Shown: piece by piece, positions 25,441 through 38,764 of the stretch
How the letters are laid out: each line of letters starts with the position of its first letter
How positions within the stretch are numbered: position 1 is the first letter of the stretch
Source: Eledone cirrhosa
Taxonomy: Eukaryota
Assembly (NCBI GenBank): GCA_964016885.1
Contig: OZ024745.1
Coordinates: 102,238,001 to 102,302,000 of the forward strand
DNA length: 64,000 bases
Direction: 5' to 3'
The notes under the pieces: generated by a model
Told to the model about the DNA's origin: nothing
Seen by the model: the letters and a program-made list of their open reading frames with translations, nothing else
Databases searched by the model: none
Program-made: the position numbers and the translations under genes

Positions 25441-26714
25441 ATATTTGAGATAATTTCTTTCAATGTTACCATTCAATTTCCTAGTTTGATGACAAATAAT
25501 CTATGTATTGGATAATAAATTATCTTTCATGACAGATAAGACAAGTTCAATTGAAGCTTATAGGAAAACATATTTTTGTTTTTTAGTTGTAGAAAAATGT
25601 TTCCTATGATGTTTTGCCAAACTAACTTTATTAAAATGTAGAAAGCTTTATTAAGATTTTGAAATTACAAATGTATTTGAATATCAAATAATGTTTGGGA
25701 CATGGCTTCAAAAACGTATGTTGAAAGATGTAGAATTAAATGCTGTAGTTCAAAACACAATGTTTCTAACAAGTAATGAAACTAAAAACTAGAAAAGTAA
25801 GCCAATGCAGTAGCTTTTGTATTGTAACTCAAAATGTTAGAATTATCAACCAAATTTCTTTCAGATCACACCATACTATCTTCAGCAAAGAAGTATATAG
25901 ACAACGGACAATATAGTTCTTGTTATATAAAAGATGGGTGATTCTGACTGGAATGTCTTTGATCATATATCTACTCACATAGAACAAACTTTGGGATAAA
26001 CAACAACTACAAGACCTATAAAATAAGAAAATCAGTCGAGGTTGTTGTAATCCTAGTTTGTTGCAGATTTTGAAGTTTGTATTTGAACAAATGAGCTAGA
26101 AATAAGAAATGGAATCAAAGTGAAATGTTATCAAAGATATGTCTGGTTTAAATTACACTTCATATGAAGTTTGTAAATTGCTCTTCACACAAAGTATGCT
26201 GTATCAGAAATATCCACACGAGGTTACAAAATCAATAAATCCTATCAATACCATTTCCAATCTACAAATCAAAAGTTGAGTTATTGTAATAATCTAGATG
26301 CTTTTATTGTATGTTTAAATATCAATTCTTTGATAAATGATAGAATTTAAGAAAGTATAAAGTTTGCTGGAAATTGAAAACTAAAAGAATCAATGAAGAT
26401 ATCCCTATGTAGTTAGCTGTACAACTTGACTAACAGCATGTGAATTTAACCTCCACTCACACCCTAATGTCTTAAAACAAAGAGAAGGACATATTGGACA
26501 ATGCAGACTTGGTTATACAAAAAGACGTGAAGATCATAGCTGAAATGTCCTTTATCATAAGTCTACTTAATTGTGGCTGACATGGGAATAAACAAGCAAA
26601 AGTAAAATTGCTATCATGTTTTAGAAATCAAATATCATTGATCAAGTTTCTGAATTCTATAGTTTATGGTTGGGTTAATACAAGATTTGGTCAGATATTG
26701 TACATAAATATAAT

Positions 26715-27091
26715 TGTTTCTACTTTTGGTACAAGGCCAACAAATACCCAGTGCATTACTGGTACTTTATTTTATCGACCCCATAAGGATAAAAGGCAAA
26801 GTTAACCTTGGCGGGATTTGAACTCAGAACATAAAGGGACGTAACTATGCTGGAAAGCATGGCGTCTGACACTCTATTGGTTCTACCAATCCTACATAAA
26901 TATAATTGTTTCTACTTTAGGCACAAGGCCAGTAATTACCCAGTACATTACTGGTACTTTATTTTATCGACCCCGTAAGGATGAAAGGCAAAGTTAACCT
27001 CGGCGGGATTTGAACTCAGACTGTAAAAGGAGGTAACTATGCTAGAAAGCATGGCGTCCGACCCTCTACCGATACTGCCAATCCACCGCCC
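26715..27091 (-). mobile_element. Two tandem SINE A copies (26715-26892 and 26907-27091)
   Basis: Both match the family consensus and are separated and flanked by three copies of tacataaatataat. Confidence 0.9.
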
Positions 27092-27884
27092 TCCTACATA
27101 AATATAATGAAAGGGGAACAATTTAAGCATAAACCAACTTTATTTAGATTTCAGATTATTAAAAATATATAGTGATGATGTCAGGACACAGACATTTGGA
27201 ACATATGGTTGTAGAAATATTGTAATATTTTGTATAACAGATATGCCCAACCCATATTAACATTCAAAATGGACATTAACTATTGATGATGAAAATTCAG
27301 AAATTATACCAACCACTTTACATTTATATTAAGTTGAAGGTTATACTGATACTTGAAAATTAATGTACAGCCTAGCAATCATACCATGAGGGAATCATGA
27401 TTTAAATATTATCAACAATTTTAAATTATAGAAACATGAAATTTCTGTAAGATAAAGATATTAGTGTATTGACCCTATTGTCCTGAATTTAGACTTTACT
27501 ACGATTATGTACACAACAAAGTGTATATTAGAACATTTAAGTTATATTTAATGTAGTTATAACTATAGTTTTCAATTATTACTGTAAAAAGAAGCAAACA
27601 TGAGTATCTGATGAAAGGCCAGCTAGCTTCGAAATACATAATGAAAAATATATTACTTAAAAATATAGTTAACACAATGCATATAATTATAAATAACAGT
27701 TGTATAAATTGGGTAAAATATCCCTTGTTATGGAAAAAGTGAATAGAGATGTCTGTGAGGAATCAAACCAGGCATCACTTGGCATTTGAGAGATATGTGA
27801 TTTGATTTTCCACAGGTGTCTGTACACTTTTTACCATCTCATAGTATGTGTTACCTGGTTTGTCCAACTATTATTTATATGCAT

Positions 27885-28800
27885 GTTGTAGCCAAGGACT
27901 CTGTAAGCCATAGAGAAGGCAATCTGTCTAGGAGAGCAGTTCCTCTGAATAAAACCTAATACAAGGTAGAGATGATCTAAGTCCTGATAGACAACCTCCC
28001 TAGTGTGGTGGCATGATAATATGCACCCACGCCATGTTGTAAAGTGTTTGGTGATAGGAATCGTACTGTAAGTTAAACCACTTCAGAGCTGTCACACTCA
28101 ATACTGGCTTACTGAAAGGTAGATTGGGTGAAATTGTGGGGATGCTTGAGCAGAGGTGAGTTTATGTGTGCTATGTGCAAGAGGTGAGATGGAAGCCTGC
28201 TTTAGCCAGATTCCTCACAGGCAAAGAGTTTAGTTATTAGCTCTTCTGGGTAGGAAATGAGATACGTGGTGTAGAAATGTTATAACCTAAGAAGTGAATA
28301 GAGGTAGTAAGAGTAAATTACAGAATTATCAAGCTCAGAATAATCACTTGTTCACCTACCAATCAGATGAGTATTCAAGCCAGATTGAGTTATTGTTCAT
28401 TAGAAAATGGGATAAAGAGATGGTTGTAAATATTAAGTCTCTTCTAGGAGAAGAATACACCACCCAACACAAATTAGCAATTAGTGATGTCAGAAAAAGA
28501 ATCAAATGGAATTATAAATTCAGGACAATATGGGGAAGGAGAGTATGGAAGCCAAAGGACCTCTCTGTTAAATATAAGTTTGGAAAAGCAATATGTGACA
28601 TACATGACGAGAGGGAGAGTTGACACAGAAGACAATTGAAAGTTTCTATGAGACAAGCTGCTTCAGGCAACAGATAAGATCTGTGGCTAGAGCAATGTAC
28701 CAACCAAATGAAAGGTGATTTTATAGAGCCATAAACATTAAAAGACAAGCATGGGAAGACTAGAGAAGTGTGTAATATAAACTACCTAAAAAAGAAACTA
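27885..28800 (+). pseudogene. Decayed RTE LINE (probable 5' UTR plus endonuclease/linker remnant)
   Basis: HLFTYQSDEYSSQIE...GEEYTTQHKLAISD...RRVWK aligns by eye to HLITYRSGEHSSQLD...SEECTSQHSLVVSD...RKIWK of the intact ORF. Confidence 0.75.
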
Positions 28801-28870
28801 AACAAAAAGTTTCTATAGCACGTAAGTCAATCAAAAAATCTTACTCTTTTCTGTTTATGAAGAAAATAAT

Positions 28871-29036
28871 TGTTTCTACTTTAGGCACAAGGCCAGCAAT
28901 TACCCAGTGTATTACTGGTACTTTATTTTACCTTATGAAAGGCAAAGTCAACCTCGGCAGGATTTGAACTCAGATCGTAAAGGGACATAACTATGCTGGA
29001 AAGCATGGCGTCCGACCCTCTACCGATACTGCCAAT
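28871..29036 (-). mobile_element. SINE A with a small internal deletion
   Basis: Family match with TSD atgaagaaaataat. Confidence 0.9.
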
Positions 29037-29189
29037 ATGAAGAAAATAATAAAAGCATACATATACTTGTTTACTTTTAGAGTGAAAGTTATAATTAAAA
29101 ACACTAGTTATATCTACATTAAATTTAACTTAAATACAATTATTTTATTACATTTCTTGACAAAACAAATAAACCCCCTTTAGATACCT

Positions 29190-29622
29190 GTTTCACAAGG
29201 ATCCATAATTATTAGGGAAAATCTGCCAATAAAGGTTAATTTCTTGAATTCTTACCTAGACTTTTTCTGAAAACCTGGATGTCATAAGTGATGAACATGG
29301 TGAACATTTTCATTATGATATTTCCACTATGGAAATATATTACCAAGACAACTAGAGTCCCAGTATGCTTGCTGACTACTGTTGGATTCTTAACAGAACT
29401 AATTCAAACCAAGATATTTTTTAAACTACAGGTATGTCTTTTCACAATACATATGTATTATATGGACCTTTGAAAATTAAATTGCATGTCACTCAAAAGT
29501 CTGACCATATGGAGAAATGATTCAAGCTTACTTGGATTCAGGACAAAAAAAAAAATACTATAACAATAAAGTATTTTCATTCTTGTGACATGCACACATA
29601 TACACAATTTGACACCCCAGTG
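29190..29622 (+). pseudogene. Chapaev3-like DNA transposon 3' remnant
   Basis: With one frameshift it reads IKVNFLNSYLDFF/ENLDVISDEHGEHFHYDISTMEIYYQ..SPSMLADYCW, the HLDFFPENLGAVSDEHGERFHQDI..ME.RYQG....MLADYCW signature of Chapaev3-type transposases. Ends in CAGTG (29618-29622). Confidence 0.78.
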
Positions 29623-29859
29623 AAATTTGCAGTTTAAATGTTACAAATAAGGTTATATACAAATATGGAATTACTTATCTTAGCTGCATGCAATTGTCCA
29701 GGTTTTATAAAACTATTCCACCTTTGTAATATGGCATCTATTATTTCCCACAAAAATATAATATAAAAATAGTAGAATTTAAATAAAATATTTAAAATTG
29801 GAGGAATTATTTAAAAAAAATATATCATAGTTTAAAATCTGTAAAATAATTTTATGATA

Positions 29860-30455
29860 TAAGGACATCCTGATTTGCACTGAAACACTGCCTTGCAATG
29901 CGGAACACTGCACGTCTCTGATCTTCCAATCACAGAACATTGGCAAACTTCCTACTCCCAGCCTCCCTGTGTGTTAAGTACACCTGACGTCTAGCTTCCC
30001 TCTTAGCGGCGGTGTATCTGTCTCTACTCCCACCATTTTTCCAAGCTTTCCATGCCAGTCTTTTGTCTCTGATGGCTCCTATCTACCGTGCTGTTTCACC
30101 ACAGGTCACTCTCTGTCTGGTTGAAGCTCTGCCCCAACCACAAATTTCTTCAGTACCCTGCAGTAAGTTGTCACGCAAGAAATTCCAGTTATCATCTATA
30201 TCTTTTTTCGTCATACACATCTTGAAGGGCTTTGCTAAATTTATATTTTAATGACAGACCTTTCTGTTCCACACCTTCCTGTATGTCTCATTCTTTCTCT
30301 TGCTTACTGAGATGTCACTAACGACTAACCTATGCTGTGGGGTATATTCTTCCTCAGGGTAAGCCTTAGTATTTGACACCATCCGTCTGTCTTGCTGTCT
30401 AACTAGCAGGAAGACAATCTGGCTTATGTGCTCACCTCATTTGTAGGTTATTAGG
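29860..30455 (-). pseudogene. Decayed RTE endonuclease/linker fragment
   Basis: Similar to 24690-25260 (tacacctgacgtctagcttcc; cagccacaaa-like and tcttcctcagggtaagcc segments). Confidence 0.75.
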
Positions 30456-31528
30456 ACAATAATTTTTTTTCTCTTTATAACATCCTATTCTATGTATCTT
30501 GAAGGAAACAAAACACTATGATATTTTTGACTGTTTAAGACTAAAGAAAGATATTCAGCAGTAAATTATCATGTCAAACATGCCTATTTTACACCATTTC
30601 TGATATATTACTGATAATTAAAATTAATATGGTTAACATTGAACTAAATGTGTTGGACATTTTATGCAACACTCTATCTTAACAAAAGTTGTTGGAAGTG
30701 TAAATTGCAATTGAATATAGCAAAGATCAGCTTGGTGAAGTTGATTAACTACAGGAGTTCACCAGTTGAACTCTGTGACATTATGATTAATGAATACTAA
30801 ACTTAGTAGTTGAACCAAATGGTAACATTTAGTATAAAGTTTTAACCCTTGGAATTTAAGAGTAAACTAATTTCAAATAAGATTATTGATGCTGAATTTG
30901 GTGATTTCATCAAAAATTTAACCTTGCAGATTCATTTTCTGACAGTTTAGGATCAGCCCATTTTAGTGTTCTAACTTCAATGTTTAATGCAACATTGTCA
31001 TTGAATTGAACCTAGTAGATCTAAACTTACTGACATTAGATTAAATCTCTTTATTGTAGAAGTTCATCTAATGACATCATTAAATCAATATTCTCTGTCA
31101 AAAATACTACTTTATGCTATATTTTAGTGAAATTTGTAATCTAACTTCTGCAATGGAAAATCTTACTATTTTTAGGGAAGGCAGAAACAAAGAAAAAAAT
31201 AATAACCACAGCAAAAAATGTATTTAGAAATTCCTGTCACAAGAAAAAAAGTATGTTTTCACAGTAAATCTATTACAAGTCATTCACTATCAATTTCTTT
31301 TGAAGATATGAACCAAAGTGGATAAGATAATTATTGATATCCATCCTTTGAGCCATTCTGTTACAAATGTTGACATATCAAGAATAGAAAGTGAATTTCT
31401 GTAATTTAATGCTTTGAAATTATCTCGGCTTACTGTTGGGCTTTTAAAGTATTTATTGTCATAAAGAAACTAGTGGTGTCGATGTGAAGGTTGCAAATGA
31501 AAGTATATCTAGCATTACTGTGGGCCAG

Positions 31529-31815
31529 TGAAGGCATGTGGCCTAGTGATAAGGGTGTTGGACTTACAATCATAATGTTGTGGGTTCGATTCCTGGGTTG
31601 CATGTTGTGTTCTTGGCCAAAACACTTCATTTCACGTTGCTCCAGTATACTCAGCTGAAAATGAGTACCAGCAATAGCTGGAGTTTAACCTTGCGATGGA
31701 CTGGCGTCCTGTCCAAGGGGGAGTCTTGTACTCTCACTCGTTTCACTCCATGAAACCGGGATAAGCACTGGTCAAATGAGCCTTCTGGCTTAAGACAGAC
31801 TTTAGACTTTCTTTA
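31529..31815 (+). mobile_element. SINE family C (tRNA head, shared body, distinct tail)
   Basis: TGGCCTAGTGA A-box and GGTTCGATTCC B-box. Body shared with family B, then ttgcgatggactggcgtcctgtccaagggg...gaaaccgggataag...agacttta end. Confidence 0.8.
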
Positions 31816-32107
31816 ATGTGGTGTCCTGTCTACCATTATAGTGGTGGCTTGGCAGGGGGTAGTTGTAATAGGAACAGTTGTAACATAAGATTTAATTTTC
31901 ATTTCTCACAAATTACACTGACTAAAATAGTTGATTGTGCTTCTTGTTATTTTAACACTTTGTGGGCATATTGTTAATGAAATATATTGTAAATGGAATT
32001 AAGGTGTTTGTTCTACCCACCCTTGCTTCTGCCAAATGGTGCTATGTCATCAGTTTCCAAAATTCATAGCTGAAGGCTTTCAAAATGTTTATTCATAAAC
32101 ATGCTGT

Positions 32108-32992
32108 CAGAACGGGATGGAAAAAGTTCAGAGAGCTTATACCACTATTGGCCGCTAAAGGGTTCTCTCTAAAAATGAAAGGCAGGCTGTATGATGCCTG
32201 CATACGAACAGCATGTTACATGGCAGTGAGACCTGGGCATTGTGTGCAGAGGATATACGCAGACTGGAGAGAAATGAAGCTTGCATGCTCCGCTGGATGT
32301 GTAATAGTAATATACGTGAATTGCAAAGCATAAACGAACTAAGGGAGAAATTAGGAATAAGAGGGATCAGATGTTGTTTACTCGAGAGAAGACTACATTG
32401 GTATGGTCACGTGATGCGCATGAAAGATGACAGCTGTATAAAAAAGTGCAGGGCGATAAAAATAGACGGTAGCCGCGGAGTAGGCAGACCCAGATAAACC
32501 TGGGACGACTTGATAAATTCCGACCTCACACACTTACACCTCTCCAAGACAATGTCACTGGACCGAGATCTTTGGTGCTACACAGTTATACAGAAGACCC
32601 ACCTTGCATAAGTACAAAGCGAAACCTACAGTCAGTAGGCACCTCTAACAAAATACACCCCCGTCCCACTACCCCCACCCCATCCACACGACCCCCTTAA
32701 ATGTGAAGCTATGTTGGTACCACAACATCCAGTCCAAAATGTAGGTGTCACAACAAAAAAACACACAGTCCATGCTGTAATGTGGCCGTGTAGGTAACAA
32801 GGTAAAAACCTCCCAGTACACACTGTAAACGTGGTTGGTGTTAGGAAGGGCATCCAGCCGTAGAAAACCCGTCAGACAGTCCTGAGCAAGACAACCAATC
32901 TTGCCTCAAGTGGACAATTCCCGTCCTGACCCATGCTAGCGTGGAATTCCCGTCCAGACCCATGCTAGCATTAAACGATGATGATGATGATG
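32108..32992 (+). mobile_element. 5'-truncated RTE insertion (sister subfamily of the 22.5-25.4 kb element)
   Basis: RTGWKKFRELIPLL..MLHGSETWAL..WYGHVMRMKDDSCIK, then a 3' UTR and (GAT)n tail. TSD ATGCTGT at 32101-32107 and 32993-32999. Confidence 0.92.
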
Positions 32993-33779
32993 ATGCTGTA
33001 TATTGCTAGATATAAAAAATACTAATTGTAAATGGGTTTCAATTAATTTTGGAAATAATGAAGAATTTGGAAAGATTTAGTTAAATAGCTTACTAAGCTA
33101 CTGATTGTAAATTAACAAAAAAATTCAATATGAAATTATGGTGGATGGTTTTAATCTGAATATGAACATTTTGTATCATAGCCCATGATGATGACTAAGG
33201 TATCTTAGTTTCAAAATGGTAAAATTAATGAAAAGTGATCCTCACACTTGATGGATGCAAGTTAATGTTTCAAACAGCCTAGTATATATCTTTGCAGTTA
33301 CATATGTCATGGTAAACAGAGTTTATTGTATTGCTTAAAAGCAGATACCGATATAATCCAATTATTTTTAATACCTAATACAGGATTACTGTGTTGGCTA
33401 GGAAAAGACAATGATGGTGTATATGGTTATATATTATGTGGCCTAAAAGTTATTCAAGAGCATAAAAATAATTTTTTTAATATATTTCGTAGAAACGTTT
33501 AAATTTATTTATTTATGCTATTTCATAAGACTAACGCTGTGCAAATAAACTACCTCCCAATACTCCCATTTTCTGCTTCACAAAGTTAAACTCATTTTAA
33601 AGTATATTTTAATGACGATTTATGAAATGTTGTGTCTAACCCCTTGAATTTCTGTTTGAATGTTTATGTTGAGTTGCTGTATGATTCCTGGATTATTGAT
33701 ACACTCCCTCCCATGTAAGAACACCTACAAAGGGATATGAAGGACAGTCAGATTTTAATTCTGTGTGATGTTAGGATCA

Positions 33780-34330
33780 TACTGTATGTATAGCTGCTTA
33801 GAAAGTATCCTGGAAGGTTGTTATAGTAATTAATGATGTACAGGGATTATTGTGTGAGGGTCTATTAAACAACAAATGAAGTATATGTGTCACCTATTGT
33901 AAAATCAAAAATTGGCAACGTTAGAGTTACCTTTGTCTCAGAATCAAATGTTTTAAGGAACTCTTTTGATAAAAAGAAACTGAAACTTTTCTATTTCAAT
34001 GATAATAACTAAAAGTGACATGGCATTGGTGTTTCAGAAGAACCTATATCTGTGGTAAAAGTGATTTTCACAACCAGATAGCATGTTAGAGTATCTGACT
34101 GGAATGACAAGGAAATATTCTGAGCTTGGTAGTTGTTTATGTCCAACAGTAATTGAGTGACCAGTTTCCATCAAATGTCTGGGAATACTTATGGGAATAT
34201 CCTACTTATTAGGTTTCTTTGAGGACTGGAATGAAATTTAGATATTTGCCTGGATTTTCTAGATGTAGTAGATAAAAGCTTTTAACATCTAATTATGACA
34301 ACTCCAACTGTTTTATGACTATCCAATTGA
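33780..34330 (+). pseudogene. Possible highly decayed piggyBac/PGBD-like transposase
   Basis: 33955-34010 reads RNSFDKK..FYFNDNN across a frameshift, resembling the MSRNRF..I...LHFNDN motif. The rest is too decayed to align. Confidence 0.35.
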
Positions 34331-34629
34331 TTTATACAATACATCAATATGGATTTTGGCATATTGCAGGGAATTATCTAGGTTGTTCTTGAAACATACA
34401 TTATCCAGGTAATTAATTGATATCCCAGTAAGACACAAGTAAAAGCAAAAGTAATGAAAAATGTACAAAAAATGTATTTAATATTGTAGAGGGAAGGAAA
34501 GAAGGATAAATTGATACAGGAAAGAGAAAAAATGGCGTTGATTCAAAGATGTAACCTAGAAAGGAAGTAGTGGAGTAAAAAAGTTTCTTTTTTTTACACA
34601 AAAAAGTTAAATAGCATGGGAGGAAAACA

Positions 34630-35470
34630 TGAAGTGTGTAAATTATGTTTATGTGTGTGTGTCAGGGAGTGTGTAAAGTATGTTTATGTGTGTGTTTGGG
34701 AATATGTAAAGTATGTTTATGTGTGTGTTTGGGAATATGTAAAGTATGTTTATGTGTGTGTCTGTGAGTGTGTAAAGTATGATTATGTGTGTGTGTGTGT
34801 AAATTATACTTATGTGTGTGCGTGTCTGAGTGTGTAAGGTATGTATGTGTCTGTGAATGTGTAAATTATGTTATATGTGTGAGTGTGAATGTGTGAAGAA
34901 TGGTTATGTGTGTGTATGTCTGTGAGTGTGTAAATTATGGTTATATGTGTGTGTGTGTGTCTGAATGTGTAAATTATGTTTATATATGTGTCTGTGAATG
35001 TGTAAATTATGTTTATATGTGTGTCTGTGAATGTGTAAATCAGGGTTATATATATGTCTGTGAATGTGTAAATCAGGTTTATATGTGTGTCTATGAATGT
35101 GTAAATTATGTTTATATCTGTGTCTGAATGTTTAAGTTATGGTTATGTGTGTGTGTGTCTGTGAATGTGTAAATTATGGTTATGTGTGTGTGAGTGTCTG
35201 AATGTGTAAATCATGTTTATGTGTGTGTTTCTGAATGTGTAAATTATGTGTATATGTGTGTGTCTGTGGATGAGTAAATTATGTTTATGTGTGTCTGTGG
35301 GTGTGTAAACTATGTTTATATGTGTGTCTGTGAATGTGTAAATCATGTTTCTATGTGTGTATCTGAATGCATAAATTATGTTTATGTGTGTGTGTGAATG
35401 TTTATGTATGTGTGTGTGTAAATCATGTTTATATATGTGAGTCTGAATGCGTAAATTATGGTTATGGGTG
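34630..35470. repeat. Degenerate ~28-34 bp minisatellite
   Basis: Recurrent tgtgtaaattatgtttatgtgtgtgtctgtgaa units. Confidence 0.9.
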
Positions 35471-36290
35471 TGTGCATTAAATATAATGATTTATCCATAT
35501 AAAACTTTCTCAATTTTAATTTCTTATGTTCCTAAACTGAATCTAATATTCTGCTTCCCTAAAAGAGAACCCACTAATATTAATTTCAAGTATATTATGT
35601 TTTTTGTAAGATTCTCATCTTATCCTTCTGTTGTTTCCTTCATATGCCAAAGTTAATTTCCAACCGTTTTATAAAATGAAAATACAAATTTTGTATTAAA
35701 CAATATTTTGAAATAAACAGTATAAATATGTTGATGTCTATTTTTAAATGTTAAGTCCTACATTTGAATGATATATTGTCTATGTTAAACTTTCTTTTAA
35801 ATTGACATTTATGATACATTCATTGTAGTTAAAGAGCATTGCACTTATCTATTTTTAAAGAGTTTATACTATATTTAGCCTTTTCATATTTCTAATAATG
35901 TAGAAAAAGTATTGTTTGAAAGTTTGATATTTGAAACCTTATTTAACTTTAATTTTTTTTCTTTACTTATTACATATTAAAAAATCTGAGGCTTTGTCCC
36001 TATGTTAGAAATCAAATTATGAAACTTTCTTTTTATAAGCATTACTTATAATGATTTCAGACACAGACATAAATAGGAAATGAATTCACAGAGGTATTAG
36101 AGCATCAAATTAAATGCCTTGGTATTTGTATCAGCTCTCTATTGGAGTTTAAATCCTGCTATGGTGAACTTTATTTTTTTCATCCTTTCAGGGTTAATAA
36201 AATAAAGTAACAATCCAGGTAGACATATGTTTATTTATTATTTTAATTCTCATTATCATTACCACCTTCTTCTTATTATTATTATGTGAA

Positions 36291-36580
36291 GGGCGGTGGA
36301 TTGGCAGTATCGGTAGAGAGTCGGACGCCATGCTTTCCAGCATAGTTACGTCCCTTTACGATCTGAGTTCAAATCCCGCCGAGGTTGACTTTGTCTTTCA
36401 TCCTTACGGGGTCAATAAAATAAAGCACCAGTAATGCACTGGGTAATTGCTGGCCTTGTGCCTAAAGTAGAAACAATTATTAGGTTAACTTTGCTTTTCA
36501 TCCTTACAGGGTCAATAAAATAAAGCACCAGTAATGCACTGGGATAATTTCTGGCCTTGAGCCAAAAGAAGAAACATTAT
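36291..36580 (+). mobile_element. SINE A plus tandem 3'-half copy
   Basis: Full copy at 36291-36482 followed by ggttaactttgc...gaagaaacattatt (36483-36580). Confidence 0.88.
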
Positions 36581-36804
36581 TATTATTTTTTTTATAAGCA
36601 TTATTATTACTATTATTATTCTCCATCTACATCTTCCAGATGCCAACATAGTCACATGCAGTGAAAGTGACAATTTGAGCTAATTTGTATCCTAATCTAC
36701 AGAATATTTTCATTGTTAAATTAGTTTTGCCATAGTGTACTATTACTCGAGCTTATTGTAAACCCCACTGTCCATGTCTTTGTATTGTCCTCTACATGTT
36801 GACC

Positions 36805-36923
36805 CTCAAAATAAGTAATATCAAAATCTCATAGATTTGATATTATGTGAAATATTATGTAAGATAAAGCCTTTACTGCAAAAATACAATAGTATATATA
36901 GAGTAATGGAAATGGTTAATGTA
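36805..36923. mobile_element. Internal fragment of the piggyBac-type MITE
   Basis: ctcaaaataa..atatcaaaatctca..gattt..tattatgtg..gcctttac matches 60126-60220. Confidence 0.65.
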
Positions 36924-37266
36924 GTTGTCATATAGAGTTAGCATGACACACAGTGTGACAGAACTAGCCCATTGAATTACAGGTACAGTCCATCAAACAA
37001 ACTTATTAACAGTTTCTGTTTACCTAATTTCCCTCTCAATCTGAGGCTAGGGTACATGATTAGCCACAATGGGATTGAACCCAGAACCCCAGAATCTAAT
37101 CATTGCAAATCAAATCTCTTAACCATTTAACTATACTGCACTCACACACAAGTATCAGACAGACATATATTCAGATGGACAGACAGACAGACTGATAGAT
37201 GGGCAGGTAGGCAGGTAGCCAGCCAGAGATGGGCAGGCAGGGAGATGGGCAGGCAAATGGATAGAT

Positions 37267-37522
37267 CAGACGTGTCAAACTGAGGATCCCCTGAGGGCCA
37301 CATGAGTCACATATGTATTATCTGAAGGCCACATGAGTCACATATGTATTATCTGAAGGCCACATGAGTCACATATGTATTATCTGAAGGCCACATATGA
37401 CAACTAATTGCACATATTACAACTAATTTTTTTTATTTTATGTTACAAAGATAAAACATGTTCATGCTGTAAAAACCTTTAAGCGGGCCACAGGTGTGCT
37501 TGTAAAGGGTTTGACATGCCTA
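37267..37522. mobile_element. hAT (Charlie-like) MITE with internal 31-bp triplication
   Basis: TIRs CAGACGTGTCAAAC / GTTTGACATGCCTA; 8-bp TSD GGATAGAT / GGGTAGAT; three copies of ggccacatgagtcacatatgtattatctgaa (37296-37388). Confidence 0.8.
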
Positions 37523-37877
37523 GGGTAGATAGATAAAGAGAGAGAGAGATTCATACACACAGGGAGGATTCTTCAGCCTCCCTCGTGTTGGTGATCTACA
37601 CGATAAATGCACTCAGTACACACTGTAAAGTGGTTGGTGATAGGAAGGGCACCTAGCAATAGAAAGCTTGCCAAACAAAGGTTTAGGAAGACCCTCAGTT
37701 GTATGAAAGACATGGCAACCTCCCCTGTGCACTCAGTAGAATATATGACCATACATAAGTGAGATACAGACCCCTCAACCTGTCTGGAAGATCAGTAACC
37801 CCGCTTGAGTACTGACTTAATCTATGTCAGCTCCTCCAACACTTACTTGCAAGAAAAGTGGATGTTAAAGCAATAAT

Positions 37878-38063
37878 TGTTTCTACTTTTGGCACAAGGC
37901 CAGCAATTACCCAGTACATTACTGGTACTTTATTTTATCGACCCCGTAAGGATGAAAGGCAAAGTTAACCTCGGCGGGACTTGAACTCAGACCGTAAAGG
38001 GACGTAACTATGCTTGAAAGCATGGCGTCCGACTCTCTACCGATACTGCCAATGCACCGCCCT
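37878..38063 (-). mobile_element. SINE A
   Basis: Family match with TSD tggatgttaa(a/t)gcaataat. Confidence 0.9.
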
Positions 38064-38764
38064 GGATGTTAATGCAATAATGATGAGGAGGAGAATATTA
38101 TTTAGTGAAAGTATTAATGTATTCTAAAGCAGTTTAGTATATTAGAACTAAACACCAACTCTTAACTATAGTAAATTAGTCTCAAACACTGTTTCTAATA
38201 ATATATTACATTATGCTTTAATGCTATTGTTGGAAGACAATTAATGCTAAGTACCCATTACCATTTTCTTAGCCTGATTAATTTTAACACCTCAGTGTTT
38301 GATTACAAATGCTTGCTATATATTTGATTTTAAGTCTTTTGCTTTCTCTCATATCGATCTGAGAGCACATTTTTCAAGTTTGGAGATTATTTCATCAATC
38401 CCTATTTGTTGCACTGCTAAGTTAAGCAACATAAACAAACAGTAAACTGAAGTGCACCTACACACACACACAGTAAAAATGCCAAGTAATTCACAGTAAA
38501 ATCTTTTTTTCTAATATGGGTAACATCTCTCTCTCTCTCCTTTCTTTTTATTCATTTTTCCTTTTCTTTTCGGTTGTCCCTTTTCTCTCTCTCTACAAAA
38601 TGATGCTATCTTTTCTTTTCTTAAGAAAGACTACCATACAAAACATTAAAACTCTTTTAATTCTTCAATTAGATATTAAACTATTAAACTGCTATTTTAA
38701 AGTGTTGTTCTCTGGTGCTGGTTTTTCATATGTTTAAAACTTGTATTACATATAATATATATGA

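Noticed and set aside
25441-25472. Start codon of the 887-aa ORF
   Set aside because: It lies in flanking AT-rich DNA; the N-terminal half of the endonuclease is missing, so the copy is not autonomous.
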